Shown here piece after piece: positions 1 through 13,893 of a stretch of DNA of 64,000 bases (its first letter is position 1; each line of letters opens with the position of its first letter). Origin of the DNA: Eledone cirrhosa. Its lineage: Eukaryota. Under the pieces are notes generated by a model. The model was given only the letters and a program-made list of their open reading frames with translations, was not told the DNA's origin and did no database searches. A program made the position numbers and the translations under genes. The DNA lies in contig OZ024751.1 in assembly GCA_964016885.1 (NCBI GenBank), positions 36,332,001 through 36,396,000 on the forward strand, written 5' to 3'.

Positions 1-314
1 GAAAGCTCATGATTGCGAAACGAACACTGTTAACCACTCGGTCCAAGCTTACATCCACAAACTGCTCCTAGCAATTCATTCATGACATCACGTAAATCAC
101 AAGAATAAATGTATGAGTGAATGTCTTCCATCTCACACCCTTTCAATTCTCCACTGAGCAATCCAACGGAACTTCCTCGCCACTTGGCTATCTTCTATAA
201 GTGTCCATACTGTTGAAAACGTGACAAACCTGTAATAAGTTACTACCAGGCCAATAGCTTCATAAACTACACACCTCCATCATTTACTTTCTATCGACAG
301 CTAAAGCTGTTAAT

Positions 315-369
315 GTTTCTTCTTCTTCTTCTTCTTCTTCTTCTTCTTCTTCTTCTTGGTAGTTGTAGC

Positions 370-447
<78 letters not shown>

Positions 448-502
448 TCTTTCTTTTTTCGTCATTATTATCTTCTGGTCTTCATTAGCCTACTACCACC
501 AT

Positions 503-562
<60 letters not shown>

Positions 563-783
563 CATCACTACTACTATTATACTAATACTACCACTACTAC
601 CACTATCACCAGCACTACAGTCACTATTTCAGCCACTACAACCGCATCAACATCATCAACATCATCATCAACATCAACAACATCACCATCAACATCATCA
701 ACATCACCATCAACATCATCAACATCACCATCAACATCATCAACATCACCATCAACATCATCAACATCACCATCAACAACATC
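315..783. repeat. Compound trinucleotide microsatellite (CTT)n/(AGT)n/(ACT)n followed by a 21-bp CATCAA-type minisatellite
   Basis: Directly visible simple repeats; they explain the low-complexity ORFs at 313-883. Confidence 0.95.
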
Positions 784-837
784 GGTAACAGAGACCATAT
801 ATCTTCAGAAGATAAATACAATCAGAAAACTATGGAG

Positions 838-1471
838 AAGATTCCAGTGTGTAGATTTTGTGTGTGTAGATTTCAGTGTGTAGATGACAGTGTGTAGATT
901 CCAGTGCGTAGATGACAGTGTGTAGATTCCAGTGCGTAGATTCTAGTGTGTAGAATCCAGTGTGTAGATCTAGTGTATAGATGGCAGTGTGTAGATCTAT
1001 TGTATAGGTGACAGTGTGTAGATGGCAGTGTGTAGATGACAGTATGTAGATTCTAGTGTGTAGATTTCAGTGTGTAGATGGCAGTATGTAGATGGCAGTG
1101 TATAGATCACAGTGTGTAGATTCCAGTGTGTAGATAACAGTATGTATATTTCAGTGTGTAGATCACAGTGTATAGATGACTGTGTAGATGACAGTATGTA
1201 GATTTCAGTGTGTAGATTCCGGTGTGAAGATTCGAGTATGTAGATGGCAGTGTGTAGATGGCAGTGTGTATATTCCAGTGTGTATATTCCAGTGTGTATA
1301 TTCCAGTGTGTAGATCACAGTATGTAGATTCCAGTGTGTAGATCACAGTATCTAGATTTCAGTGTGTAGATTCCAGTGTGTAGATTCGAGTATGTAGTTG
1401 GCAGTGTGTAGATGGCAGTGTGTATATTCCAGTGTGTAGATTCCAGTGTGTAGATTCCAGTGTGTAGATGG
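838..1471. repeat. Minisatellite, ~14-bp unit (AGATTCCAGTGTGT and variants)
   Basis: Tandem diverged units visible throughout the interval. Confidence 0.95.
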
Positions 1472-1708
1472 CAATGCCAATATTTCTTTAGTCAAAAGAG
1501 ATCTTACAGAAGAAATATAATAAAAAATTCAAAATAGAGAAAGAAATAAACTGCAATTCTTTGATCTTAGTAATGAGCAGAAATTGTTTGATTAAATTAA
1601 AATTGCATTTTTTGATTTTGATAATGGAGAGTTGTCTATTTTTTAGCTATATACTTGTACTTACGTACTGGTACACTAACATACAAAGTTTATATGTGTG
1701 TATACACC

Positions 1709-1748
<40 letters not shown>

Positions 1749-1774
1749 AATAAACAATTAAGTTAAAAGTTTAG

Positions 1775-1825
<51 letters not shown>

Positions 1826-1906
1826 TCCACTCTCAAGCGTGAAACTAATATTAACATTTTGTACTCTTCGCTACCTCGTTGTTGTTTTTTTTTGTTTTTT
1901 GTTTCA

Positions 1907-1983
<77 letters not shown>

Positions 1984-2066
1984 TTTCTCCCGGGTTCATT
2001 CGGGGGTAACCACAGTAAGTAAGGTATTCAGTACAAAGCAGAGTATAAATATTTAATATAGAAAGG

Positions 2067-2109
<43 letters not shown>

Positions 2110-2357
2110 GTAGAGGGATAGAGATACAATGAAACATAAATGTGTATATTTATGTAAGCGTGTATGTACACGTGTCTGTGTTAATGATTGAGTAAAAATT
2201 CAGAGAAGAAAACTGTTTGAAATCTAACAGTGAAGTAATCAAATTTTGCAAGAGATGGTAAAATTATCTTTAATGAAAGCAAATATTGATAATTGGCGAG
2301 AATACCTTTTGATGATGTTGATAGAAATTACAGATGGGATCAGATGTGTATCTTTTA

Positions 2358-2425
2358 AGTAGTAGTAGTAGTAGTAATAGTAGTAGTAGTGGTGGTGGTG
2401 GTGGTGGTGGTGGTGGTGGTGGTGG

Positions 2426-2468
<43 letters not shown>

Positions 2469-2510
2469 ATAGTAGTAGTAGTGGTGGTGGTGGTGGTGGT
2501 GGTGGTGGTG

Positions 2511-2570
<60 letters not shown>

Positions 2571-2718
2571 TTGGTGGTAGTAGTAGTAGTAGTAGTCGTA
2601 GTAGTCGTAATAGCAGTAATTGTTGTTGTTGTTGGTGTTGTTGTTGTTGTTGTTGCTGTAGTGGTCGTGGTAGTAGTAGTAGTAGAAGTAGTAGTAGTAG
2701 TAGTGATGGCGGTCGTGT

Positions 2719-2773
<55 letters not shown>

Positions 2774-2777
2774 TGTT

Positions 2778-2839
<62 letters not shown>

Positions 2840-2840
2840 T
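2358..2840. repeat. (GTA)n/(GTG)n/(GTT)n microsatellite
   Basis: Directly visible. Confidence 0.95.
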
Positions 2841-3186
2841 TAGTAATTATCCTTGATTTATATTTGTTTAGTTAAATTAGTAAATATAGTCGGTTACTGG
2901 GAGGAAATTTCTTCTGCTAGGAATTACAGTTGACCTCCAACTTTATTAATCTTATTCACCCTATCAACCCCACGTTTTCTCTCTTGTACCTACAAAACAA
3001 GGTTAAAAATGATCTGTTAAATCTCTTTGTTATGTTTATACCCTTAGCAGAATTACCTGTCCCATTTGTATCCGAGATATGCCCCCAAACGTTAGTTAGT
3101 AAATGCTTGGTGGTTTCGATTAATGAAATTAAGGAAATATATTTAGTTTAGTTTTATTATATAACATCTCAAACACAATGGAAGTG

Positions 3187-3335
3187 AATTAGCTGACTTG
3201 TTAGACAAACGAATAGAATTCTTGGTGGTATTCATTCCGACTATCTGGCCGCTAAGTCCAAATGTCGCCGAGCTAAACTTGGCCTTTCATCCTTTCAAGG
3301 CCTATCAAAATGTACAAGTTTAGTACGTGGGTCGA
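3187..3335 (+). mobile_element. Decayed tRNA-derived SINE (family 1)
   Basis: aagtccaaatgtcgccgagctaaacttggcctttcatcctt resembles the family-1 consensus gagttcaaatcccgccgaggttaactttgcctttcatcctt. Confidence 0.6.
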
Positions 3336-3580
3336 TTTTTTCTATATAGCTCTGTCTCACGTCCATTCTCTCACTCACTCTATCGTTCTCTGGAAGAAAT
3401 CTGAAGGCGTCTGCGCAGATGATAACATCTACACCGCTTCACTGATCTCAGCCTATTGCAGCTTTCAAAATCAGTTGTTTTACCTTCACCGTGTCATTAG
3501 TCGTTGCCTTCAGTAGGATTTGAACCACCAGACTTAATATTTCACTCTCCCTCACTCTCTTACTTTCTCATACACGTTCA

Positions 3581-3640
<60 letters not shown>

Positions 3641-3653
3641 ATAAAGGGTATAA

Positions 3654-3701
3654 AAAATGACCGGTTTCGATGGGTCTGCAAAAGCCATCTTTTCAAATGT
3701 T
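3654..3701 (-). ncRNA. Minimal type I hammerhead ribozyme motif (U3-A8 core)
   Basis: Minus strand reads AACAT-TTGAAAA-GATGG(11 nt)CCATC-GAAA-CCGG-TC-ATTTT. Stem II is 5 bp, stem III is palindromic and the site is GUC; stem I is weak. Confidence 0.65.
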
Positions 3702-3980
3702 GATTAATATTAAGAAAAATTAATAATACGAAGAGTTAAAATTTGAGATTTGAAAATTCAAGTATAAAATTCATTGTGGGATTTCATAGCAGTTTTCATC
3801 TAGGTAGCAACAACAGGTTGACTGCTGTGTCCCTTTCTGGTAGTGAATGAGAAGTTATTTGGGGTGTGGGTTATTTTATAAAGGTCAGATTTAGCAATCG
3901 CCAACCTTATAAAATTATGTTTTTTCACAAAAAAGTATTCTGTCTCTTATATATTCCATGTGCCATTACCAACCTCAATT

Positions 3981-4058
<78 letters not shown>

Positions 4059-4205
4059 CGTAGTTTAGAAAGCCACAACAATGCAGAGGGAAATCTCGAG
4101 GTAGGAAGTGAATGATAGAAAGGAGAAATAGGATAAAGTGAAAATTGAGAGAGACAAAGATGAAAACAAAACAAAGGTAGAAGGGTTACCGTAGTGGAGA
4201 TTTAA

Positions 4206-4241
4206 TCCCAATATTTCGGGCTCACGCCCATCAACGGGGGA
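4206..4241 (-). ncRNA. Decayed minimal hammerhead-like motif in a TA-flanked island (4054-4288)
   Basis: Minus strand reads TCCC-CCGTTGA-T-GGGC(GTGA)GCCC-GAAA-TA-TT-GGGA. Stems I and II are perfect; the core differs from CTGATGA at two positions. Confidence 0.5.
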
Positions 4242-4330
4242 AAGTTCAAAAAGGGGGGAACAGGCTAAGCGGAGAAAGTTGTGATGTCGTTAAAACAGGA
4301 ATGCCGTTATATATATATATATATATATAT

Positions 4331-4475
4331 AAATAATACATTATAAAGAAAGAAGAAACATTAGACATAAATTAAAAAAATATATAAATACCCAATATTC
4401 CTCTACATTCTCGACTGCGCAGTTTCGCGGCTACTTTGCAAAAACGGTTAAGGTTGGCACCACACAAATTCAGGG
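4331..4475 (-). mobile_element. TA-flanked fragment related to the 18391-19585 element, with the 3' half of an HHR
   Basis: aatacattataaagaaagaagaaacattag...ttctcgactgcgcagtttcgcggc aligns by eye with 18553-18652; minus strand reads GCCGC-GAAA-CTGCGCAG-TC-GAGAA. Confidence 0.7.
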
Positions 4476-4533
4476 ATATATGTGTATATGCATGTATATG
4501 TATGTACTCGCATGTATCTGTGTATTTCATTTT

Positions 4534-4622
<89 letters not shown>

Positions 4623-4624
<2 letters not shown>

Positions 4625-4819
4625 CGAAGGAGGTGTGGTAAGGAACCAGATGGACCATAACGCACCAAAGTGCTCAATACTTAGGGTAGTAGAGTGGGTA
4701 ATAGAAAAAAGTTTAACACCAACGGCAGAGCTCAAGCCGTTTCCACAGCTATTTCTGGATAGTTTCTGTCCAGAAATAGCTGTCTAAACGGCTTGAGCTC
4801 TGCCGTCGAGGTTAAACTT

Positions 4820-4823
<4 letters not shown>
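4623..4823 (-). mobile_element. TA-embedded fold-back element, family A (copy 1)
   Basis: Starts aacgaaggaggtgtggtaaggaacc, has internal inverted arms around ctggatagtttctgtccag, and is flanked by (TA)n on both sides. Confidence 0.85.
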
Positions 4824-4856
<33 letters not shown>

Positions 4857-4863
4857 TACATAT

Positions 4864-4997
<134 letters not shown>

Positions 4998-5339
4998 AAC
5001 TGTATGTATCTTTGAGTAAGAGAGAGCCAGAGGAAGAGAGAAAGTAGTTTGTATTGTGAAATGCGCTATAGGATGCAGCTGCATAAAAAAACGAGGTTCT
5101 ATAATGGAGGGAGGGGGTTATGACAAGAGAGTAGCTTCACAACCTACACCTCCTACTACTCCTCCTGCTATTCTTCTTTTGGACACACGTGGAGTGTAAG
5201 TACATTATTATTTAGCTTCACCTGTGAACATACATTCTAATATACACACTTTACAGACATGTGTTCATTCATATACACCCGGTCATGCATATCAACATGA
5301 AAGTATGGTGAAAGTGGCATGGCAAATGTGCACCCTAAA

Positions 5340-5403
<64 letters not shown>

Positions 5404-5504
5404 ATGTGTGTCTGTGTGTCTGTGTATGTGTGTGTGTATTTGTGTGTATATATCTATATATCTATATATATCTATATGTGTGTGTGTATTTGTGTGTATA
5501 TATA

Positions 5505-5675
<171 letters not shown>

Positions 5676-5686
5676 CATATATATAC

Positions 5687-5750
<64 letters not shown>

Positions 5751-5864
5751 TTAAGTATCGAGAGAGAGAAGAAGAGATAAGCGATACATATAGGTAGTTG
5801 GCAATAGCTTGTGCATACGTGCTCAATACTTGTGCCTACAGGGTTATATATATATATATTTATG

Positions 5865-5945
<81 letters not shown>

Positions 5946-6209
5946 GTGTGTGTGTGTGTGTGTGGTGATTGTAAGACAGCGAGAGAGAGAGAGAAATCTA
6001 GTGAGGAAGAGAGCGAGAGAGAGATGGAGAGAGAGAGAGAGAGACAGTGTGTGTGCGGGGGTGGGTAGTATGCTTGAATAGATTTTAAAAATCATGAATG
6101 TGAATACATACAAGATGGCGTTTGAATGAAAAGCTGAGTCTTTGATTTTGATTTCAAAGGATGGGTACCCGGGTGTTCAAATGCTATTGAAGGCACCTGT
6201 CACTAAGAT

Positions 6210-6290
6210 GACACTTACTAAAGAAAAGGGGGCATAAAGGAACGCTATGATGAGTGTGGCTGTATATGTGAATATATATGTGTGTATATA

Positions 6291-6376
<86 letters not shown>

Positions 6377-6409
6377 TATATATATTTTATATAAATATAT
6401 ATATATTTT

Positions 6410-6445
<36 letters not shown>

Positions 6446-6472
6446 TAAATATATATATTTATATAAAATATA

Positions 6473-6503
<31 letters not shown>

Positions 6504-6594
6504 GTACAGATGTATATACACACATATATATATTCACATATACAGCCACACTCATCATAGCGTTCCTTTATGCCCCTTTTCTTTAGTAAGTGTC
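6210..6594. repeat. ~82-bp inverted repeat (6210-6291 / 6512-6594) around a TA-rich spacer
   Basis: gacacttactaaagaaaaggggg...gtatatac is the reverse complement of gtatatac...ccccttttctttagtaagtgtc apart from a 1-nt indel. Confidence 0.9.
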
Positions 6595-6718
6595 TATATA
6601 TGTATATATATATATATTTATATATGTATATATATATATATTTATTTCTTTTATATATATATATATTTATATATATATAAATTATTTGTATATATCATCT
6701 ATATAAATATATATATAT

Positions 6719-6911
<193 letters not shown>

Positions 6912-7217
6912 GGGGGGGGGTCTGTGTGGATCTCTGAGCAAGCAAACATTGAATCAGATGTGAAGGTGCATGCTATACACACAACACACAACCTATGCTC
7001 CCATGTCCCCCCCCCCACACACCCACACACCCACATCCTACTCAATTTTATTCGTTCGTCAGTTAGGCTTACTATCGTAGAGTACAGTGTGACATGTCAA
7101 ATGAAATTATATAATTATATATATATGCGTGTATATATATATATATGTGTGTGTCTGTCTATTTGTTTATACGTTCATGTTTACGTATGTATGTGTGAAT
7201 GCATTTTTGCTTTACTG

Positions 7218-7287
<70 letters not shown>

Positions 7288-7288
7288 A

Positions 7289-7378
<90 letters not shown>

Positions 7379-7517
7379 TATATGTATGTGTATATATGTA
7401 TGTATGTATGTTCTTCAGAGGCTGCTTTTGCTGAATTACTGTTTTTTTGTACCTTAAACTGACACGACTATGAGGTGAGAGGTAAATGTGTTGAAAAGTC
7501 TGAACAGTGAAAGATTA

Positions 7518-9188
7518 CATTGCCAGATGTGTGTTAATCATTGCCAGATGTGTGTTAGTCATTGCCAGATGTGTGTTAGTCATTGTCGGGTGTGTGTTAG
7601 TCATTGTCAGATGTGTGTTAGTCATTGCTAGATGTGTGTTAGTCATTGCCAGATGTGTGTTAGTCATTGTCGGGTGTGTGTTAGTCATTGTCAGATGTGT
7701 GTTAGTCATTGCTAGATGTGTGTTAGTCATTGTCAGATGTGTGTTAGTCATTGCCACATGTGTGTTAGTCATTGCCAGATGTGTGTTAATCATTGCCAGA
7801 TGTGTGTTAGTCATTGCCAGATGTGTGTTAGTCATTGCCAGATGTGTGTTAATCATTGCCAGATGTGTGTTAGTCATTGCCAAATGTGTGTTAGTCATTG
7901 TCAGATGTGTGTTAGTCATTGCCAGATGTGTGTTAGTCATTGTCAGGTGTGTGTTAGTCATTGTCAGATGTGTGTTAGTCATTGCCAGATGTGTGTTAGT
8001 CATTGTCAGATGTGTGTTAGTCATTGCCAGATGTGTGTTAGTCATTGTCAGATGTGTGTTAGTCATTGTCAGATGTGTGTTAGTCATTGCCAGATGTGTG
8101 TTAATCATTGCCAGATGTGTGTTAGTCATTGCCAGATGTGTGTTAGTCATTGCCAGATGTGTGTTAGTCATTGTCAGATGTGTGTTAGTCATTGCCAGAT
8201 GTGTGTTAGTCATTGTCAGATGTGTGTTAGTCATTGTCAGGTGTGTGTTAGTCATTGCCAGATGTGCGTTAGTCATTGCCAGATGTGTGTTAGTCATTGT
8301 CAGATGTGTGTTAGTCATTGTCAGATGTGTGTTAGTCATTGCCAGATGTATGTTAGTCATTGCCAGATGTGTGTTAATCATTGCCAGATGTGTGTTAGTC
8401 ATTGCCAAATGTGTGTTAGTCATTGTCAGATGTGTGTTAGTCATTGCCAGATGTGTGTTAGTCATTGTCAGATGTGTGTTAGTCATTGCCACATGTGTGT
8501 TAGTCATTGCCAGATGTGTGTTAGTCATTGTCAGATGCGTGTTAGTCATTGCCAGATGTGTGTTAGTCATTGTCAGATGTGTGTTAGTCATTGCCAGATG
8601 TGCGTTAGTCATTGTCAGATGTGTGTTAGTCATTGCCAGATGTGTGTTAGTCATTGTCAGATGTGTGTTAGTCATTGTCAGATCTGTGTTAGTCATTGTC
8701 AGGTGTGTGTTAGTCATTGCCAGATGTGTGTTAATCATTGCCAGATGTGTGTTAGTCATTGCCAGATGTGTGTTAGTCATTGTCAGATGTGTGTTAGTCA
8801 TTGCCAGATGTGTGTTAGTCATTGCCAGATGTGTGTTAGTCATTGTCAGATGTGTGTTAGTCATTGCCAGATGTGCGTTAGTCATTGTCAGATGTGTGTT
8901 AGTCATTGCCAGATGTATGTTAGTCATTGTCAGATGTGTGTTAGTCATTGTCAGATCTGTGTTAGTCATTGTCAGGTGGGTGTTAGTCATTGTCAGATGT
9001 GTGTTAGTCATTGTCAGATCTGTGTTAGTCATTGTCAGGTATGTGTTAGTCATTGCCAGATGTGTGTTAGTCATTGTCAGATATGTGTTAGTCATTGTCA
9101 GATGTGTGTTAGTCATTGCCAGATGTGTGTTAGTCATTGCCAGATGTGTGTTAGTCATTGCCAGATGTGTGTTAGTCATTGCCAGATG
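7518..9188. repeat. Minisatellite, 21-bp unit CATTGYCAGATGTGTGTTAGT, ~80 copies
   Basis: Directly visible; the stop-free unit creates the spurious 588, 554 and 491 aa ORFs. Confidence 0.97.
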
Positions 9189-9274
9189 TAATAACTCATT
9201 GCAGAAAGTACGAACATTCCTGAAGGCTTCCGTTCAGAGGAGGCGGCGTATGAGGGCGAGGCTAGAAGCGTGAG

Positions 9275-9494
9275 AGGAGGAGGAGGAGGAGGAGATGGGG
9301 GCGAGGAAGAGATTGAGGTGCTGGTAGTGGCGATGGTTGATGATGATGATGATGATGAGGAGGAGGAGGAGGAGGAGGAGGAGGAGGAGGATGAGGAGGA
9401 GGAGGAGAAGAAGAAGAAGAAGAAGAAGAAGAAGAAGAAGAAGAAGAAGAAGAAGAAGAAGAAGAAGAAGAAGAAGAAGAAGAAGAAGAAGAAG
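9275..9494. repeat. (GAG)n/(GAT)n/(AAG)n microsatellites
   Basis: Directly visible. Confidence 0.95.
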
Positions 9495-9559
9495 CAAATA
9501 TTTAAAGGAATATATCAAAACTAATATATAAAAAAAAAAAGTATAAAGACCCCATTCGG

Positions 9560-9730
9560 ACACAGTGACGTCACAAATCATTTCTTCGACTGAGTGAATT
9601 GGAGCAACGTGAAAATAAAGTATCTTGCTCAAGGACACAACGCATCACCTAGTCCGCGAATTGAACTCACAACATCACGATCTCACGATTCGCTATCCAC
9701 CGCACTAAACAATAATTCATGCGCCTTCAG
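9560..9730 (-). mobile_element. tRNA-derived SINE (family 2)
   Basis: gagcaacgtgaaaataaagtatcttgctcaaggacacaacgcatc...ttgaactcacaac...gcgccttca is shared with 21725-21848; B-box-like GAGTTCAATT on the minus strand. Confidence 0.8.
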
Positions 9731-9778
9731 AAAACAAAAATAGGAATTTAAAAATTATTTTATTCCCTGTGAAATCAA

Positions 9779-9896
9779 TAGGGCTGGACAAAAACCCTTA
9801 ACACTTTCCAGAGCCTCAGTAGGGCTGGACAAACCCTTAACACTTTCCAGAGCCTCAGTAGGGCTGGACCAGTCCCTTAACACTTTCCAGAGCCTG
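9779..9896. repeat. Three tandem ~40-bp units (TAGGGCTGGAC...CCCTTAACACTTTCCAGAGCCT)
   Basis: Head-to-tail copies with no unique spacers. Confidence 0.9.
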
Positions 9897-10131
9897 TAAG
9901 GCTGATGTGAAATAAGAAGGGAGCTATCCATAAACCGTAGAGATGACCTAAATATTATCTAGAAAGTAAACTATGCTAATTCTTTCTTATTCCTGTTGGT
10001 CAATTACTAGCTTATTCCTTCATTCTTTTATTCCCATATTTTACATCGAATCAGTTTTCCTCTTAAAAAGATCTTAGCTTTCAGTTCCTCTCATGTTTTC
10101 AAGTCTTATGAAATACATCATTATTTTACTC

Positions 10132-10163
<32 letters not shown>

Positions 10164-10198
10164 TATATACATATGTATACATACTTATATACATACAC

Positions 10199-10233
<35 letters not shown>

Positions 10234-10237
<4 letters not shown>

Positions 10238-10461
10238 AGTATTTTAAACTTTATTTTATCATGAGTTAAGGCTCTATTGATTTTTCCCTGGATTTCACTA
10301 AATTCTGTGGATGAATCTATATCCTGATTCTCTTTGAGTTGAGTTTGAATTATTTTTCCCACACCTTACGTTAACTATTTTTCCCATTTTGACGCTATAG
10401 TCACTTATATATTATGGAATACTGTTGGCTTCTTGCTACAATGTTTTTCTATACCTTTCAT

Positions 10462-10463
<2 letters not shown>
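10234..10463 (+). mobile_element. 5'-truncated TA-embedded element, family B
   Basis: Near reverse complement of 30209-30437 with the same 3' end (ctatacctttcatt) abutting (TA)n. Confidence 0.85.
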
Positions 10464-10528
<65 letters not shown>

Positions 10529-10669
10529 CATACATACATACATACATACATACATACATACATACATAAGTGTGTGTGTGTGTACGTATACATATTCAAA
10601 TACATATATATGTATGTATACATACACACACATATATATATACATATGTATACATACTTATATATATAT

Positions 10670-10715
10670 CGTCGAAACGGCTTGAGCTCTGCCGTCGGGT
10701 CATACTTTTTCCCAT

Positions 10716-10718
<3 letters not shown>
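10670..10718 (+). mobile_element. Family A fragment (HHR 3' half only)
   Basis: cgtcgaaacggcttgagctctgccgtcgggtcatacttttt lies between TA tracts. Confidence 0.8.
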
Positions 10719-10780
<62 letters not shown>

Positions 10781-10782
<2 letters not shown>

Positions 10783-11038
10783 CGAAGGAAGTGTGGTAAG
10801 GAACCAAATGGACCATAACGCACCAGAGTACTCAATACTTAGGGTAGTAGAGTGGGTAATAGGAAAATGTTTAACCCCGACGGCAGAGCTCAAGCCGTTT
10901 CGACGGCTATTTCTGGACTAAATTAGAATTTTTACCGTAGTAATAAATGATTTATTACCACGCTAAAAATTCTAATTTAGTCCAGAAATAGCCGTCGAAA
11001 CGGCTTGAGCTCTGCCGTCGGCGTTAAACATTTTCCTA
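10781..11038 (-). mobile_element. TA-embedded fold-back element, family A, with an ~90-bp near-perfect hairpin
   Basis: Arms ataggaaaatgtttaacccc...taataaat and atttatta...gttaaacattttcctat meet at aaatgattt (~10945-10953). Confidence 0.9.
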
Positions 11039-11189
11039 TATATATATATATATATATATACATATATGTATATGCATGTATATATATATCTTACTGTAAT
11101 TATTGACTTAATTATTGGGTTATTATCTTCTGGCTAACGTCCGCTAAATTTATTGGGTTGAATCAATGATATATATATATATATGTGTA

Positions 11190-11271
<82 letters not shown>

Positions 11272-12459
11272 TGTGTGTGTGTTTGTGTTTACTTATAAGG
11301 TGCTCAACCAATCACATTTCGCCCTAGTACAAGATTCTAAATCCAGTTTCCTTCACTCATTTTTTCTCTCTGTCCCTCTCTCTCTCTCACACACACTGTC
11401 TCTCTGTCTCTCTCCTTCTCTCTCATCCTATCTCTCTTTTTCCCCTCCCTGTCCCTCTCTCTATCACACACACTCTCCCCTTCTCTCTCTCACCCTATCT
11501 CTCTTTTTCTCTCTCTGTCCTTTTCTCTCTCGCCTTCTCTCTCACCCTATCAGTCTTTTCCTCTCACTGTCGCTCTCTCTCACACATACACACCTTCTCC
11601 TTCTCTCTCGCCATATCTCTCTTTTTCTCTCTCTGTCCTTTTCTCTCTCTCTCCTCCTCTCTCACCCTATCACACTATCTCTCTTTTCCTCTCACTGTGC
11701 CCCTCTCTCTCACAAACTCTCCACCTCTCTCACCCTATCTCACTTTCTCTCATTTTTCTTGCTGTTCTTTTTTATAATTTCTGTTTTTAGGTCACCTAAT
11801 TTTCAATCTATTCTCTTGAATAGTTCGTTAATTACTAGGACTATATTTATTACATTCTACTCATTATTTTGTATTTCCTATATATTGGATTCTCTTTCTA
11901 CTTATAAACCTAATTCATTATTATTTTATTTTATTTCCATTTTTTCTCATTAATTGTCAGTATCTTTATTCTGATAAATTTCTTATATATTCATAAATAT
12001 TCATAAAGATCTTCTGAATTTCTTCCTTATATATTCGATTTTCATCATGTTGGGTTTTTGTTGTTCTTTTTGTGAGATTTTTTTTGTTTCAGAAATGATT
12101 ATTATTATTATTATTTTAATGTATTTATTTAAATCTCTTTTGTTGGGTTGTTTTTCCGAGGTTTCTTCACGACTGATGTAGACACGAGGGCAAAACTCGG
12201 ACAAGCGGATGTCGCTATGTATCTATGTCGAGAACTTTTGTCAATTAACCCACTTGTCGTAGAAAGCAACGATAATATAAAGTACATTGTACCAATTACA
12301 TACACTACATATATGTAGACGGCAAATTGGATGAGTCTTCAGAACATCAGATAGAAACCTTACGGACATTCGTTTCGGCTCTCTGCCCTCTGAGTTCAAA
12401 TCTCGCTCAGATTAAATTTGTCTTTCACTATATAGAGGCCGTTATTAAAAGTGTATAAG

Positions 12460-12632
12460 GGCGGTGGATTGGCAGTATCGGTAGAGAGTCGGACGCCATG
12501 CTTTCCAGCATAGTTACGCTCCTTTACGGTCTGAGTTCAAATCTCACTGAGGTTAACTTTACCTTTCATCCTTACGGGATCGATAAATAAAGTACCAGTA
12601 ATGCACTGGGATATTTGCTGGCCTTGTGCCAG
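12460..12632 (+). mobile_element. tRNA-derived SINE (family 1)
   Basis: A-box-like TGGCAGTATCGG, B-box GAGTTCAAATC, then cctttcatccttacggg-tcgataaataaagtaccagt and ggccttgtgcc. Confidence 0.9.
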
Positions 12633-12765
12633 AAAAAATAGAGGTCTTATTAAAAATATCTGTCCATTTTGGGGGTTGATACTTCCTTTATATCTCTTTC
12701 TCTAGCGACATTCCTAAATGTATTTTAGTCGGCGAATTAGCATTGAATCTAATGGTTTATAATTT

Positions 12766-12970
12766 ATGCACAAGGCCAACAATTTGGGGGAAGGTGAAAG
12801 CCGATTTAATCGACCCCAATAAGTTGCTGGTACTTTATTTTAGCGACACCTTAAGGATGAGAAGCAAAGCTAACCTCGGCGGGATTTAAACTTAGAACGT
12901 AAAGGGCCGTAACTATATGCCGCAAAGCATGTTGTCCGATGCTCTCCCGATACTAGCAATCGACAGCACT
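12766..12970 (-). mobile_element. tRNA-derived SINE (family 1)
   Basis: gcacaaggcc...tggtactttatttt...aaggatga...cctcggcgggattt is the reverse complement of the family-1 consensus. Confidence 0.85.
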
Positions 12971-13805
12971 TAACATTGGATATAATGTCATGTCATATTT
13001 GTTCAGGCATCAATAGAGTGTAATTTATTTTATGTAGTTTTAAATCTTTCATATCGTGTCAATGTTGGGCAAAGAAAGAAAGGTTGTAAAGAGAATTATC
13101 TCTCATATTGTGGATATTAGAAAGATTGTTATTTTTATTTACATATTTTTTACAACACTATGATCTTCTATTACTTGTTCATGGTTGCTCAATTTTGGAC
13201 TAGGCTTTTCCAGAAAGATAATATTTTAAAAGAAAATACACTGGATAACACAATTTTTACTGATATATCTGAAACATATTTGAACTAAATTTATGACACT
13301 GCACCCACTTATGCTATGACGTCAATCTTGTATCTATGATGTCAAATTGCCAACAAGTTCGTTAACACATATGATGGTACAGTTCCCGGATACACGGTCT
13401 TAAATCAAAGGATTGGGAATAGATAGAATGCATTTAGTCATAGGTTTGATCAATCATCTCTGAACTGGGATAAAAGCCACGCCGGTACCACCACCACCAC
13501 CACAACAACAACAACAACAACATAAACGACAACAACAATGACATGGACTCAAATAAAACCTGGTATATGTTATCAAATACTCAATTGCATGATGAGGGCC
13601 ACAGTTGTTTTTCAAAATATTATTTACCTTTTGCAGTCACATTTAGTATGTTCTGCTTGATCAGAAACCTGTCTATATCTGCTCGTGTTTATATCATTAA
13701 TAGCATGGTAGATATCACCAACTCATACACGATTGTGAATGACGGGCGTAATGTTTTTATTGTAATATATTTTGTTTTACTTTCTATAAAAAGTATGTCA
13801 AATTA

Positions 13806-13893
13806 CACTGTGTCTCAGAAGTCCCCTCGGTATTAGGAAATCTATTATGATAGTTGATTTTCAAATACGTTGCTGACTTTTGGGGGCACTCTG
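13806..13893. mobile_element. Tiny Tc1/mariner-type MITE
   Basis: TA|CACTGTGTCTCAGAAGTC...GACTTTTGGGGGCACTCTG|TA: imperfect ~18-bp TIRs with TA on both sides. Confidence 0.55.

Noticed and set aside
7507-9273. 588, 554 and 491 aa Cys- or Thr-rich ORFs
   Set aside because: They are translations of a stop-free 21-bp minisatellite open in several frames on both strands, with no unique coding flanks.
9779-9896. CRISPR-like short repeats
   Set aside because: Head-to-tail units with no unique spacers, no cas genes and a eukaryotic context.
12460-12632. tRNA genes suggested by A and B boxes
   Set aside because: No cloverleaf forms; the boxes belong to multicopy SINE heads.
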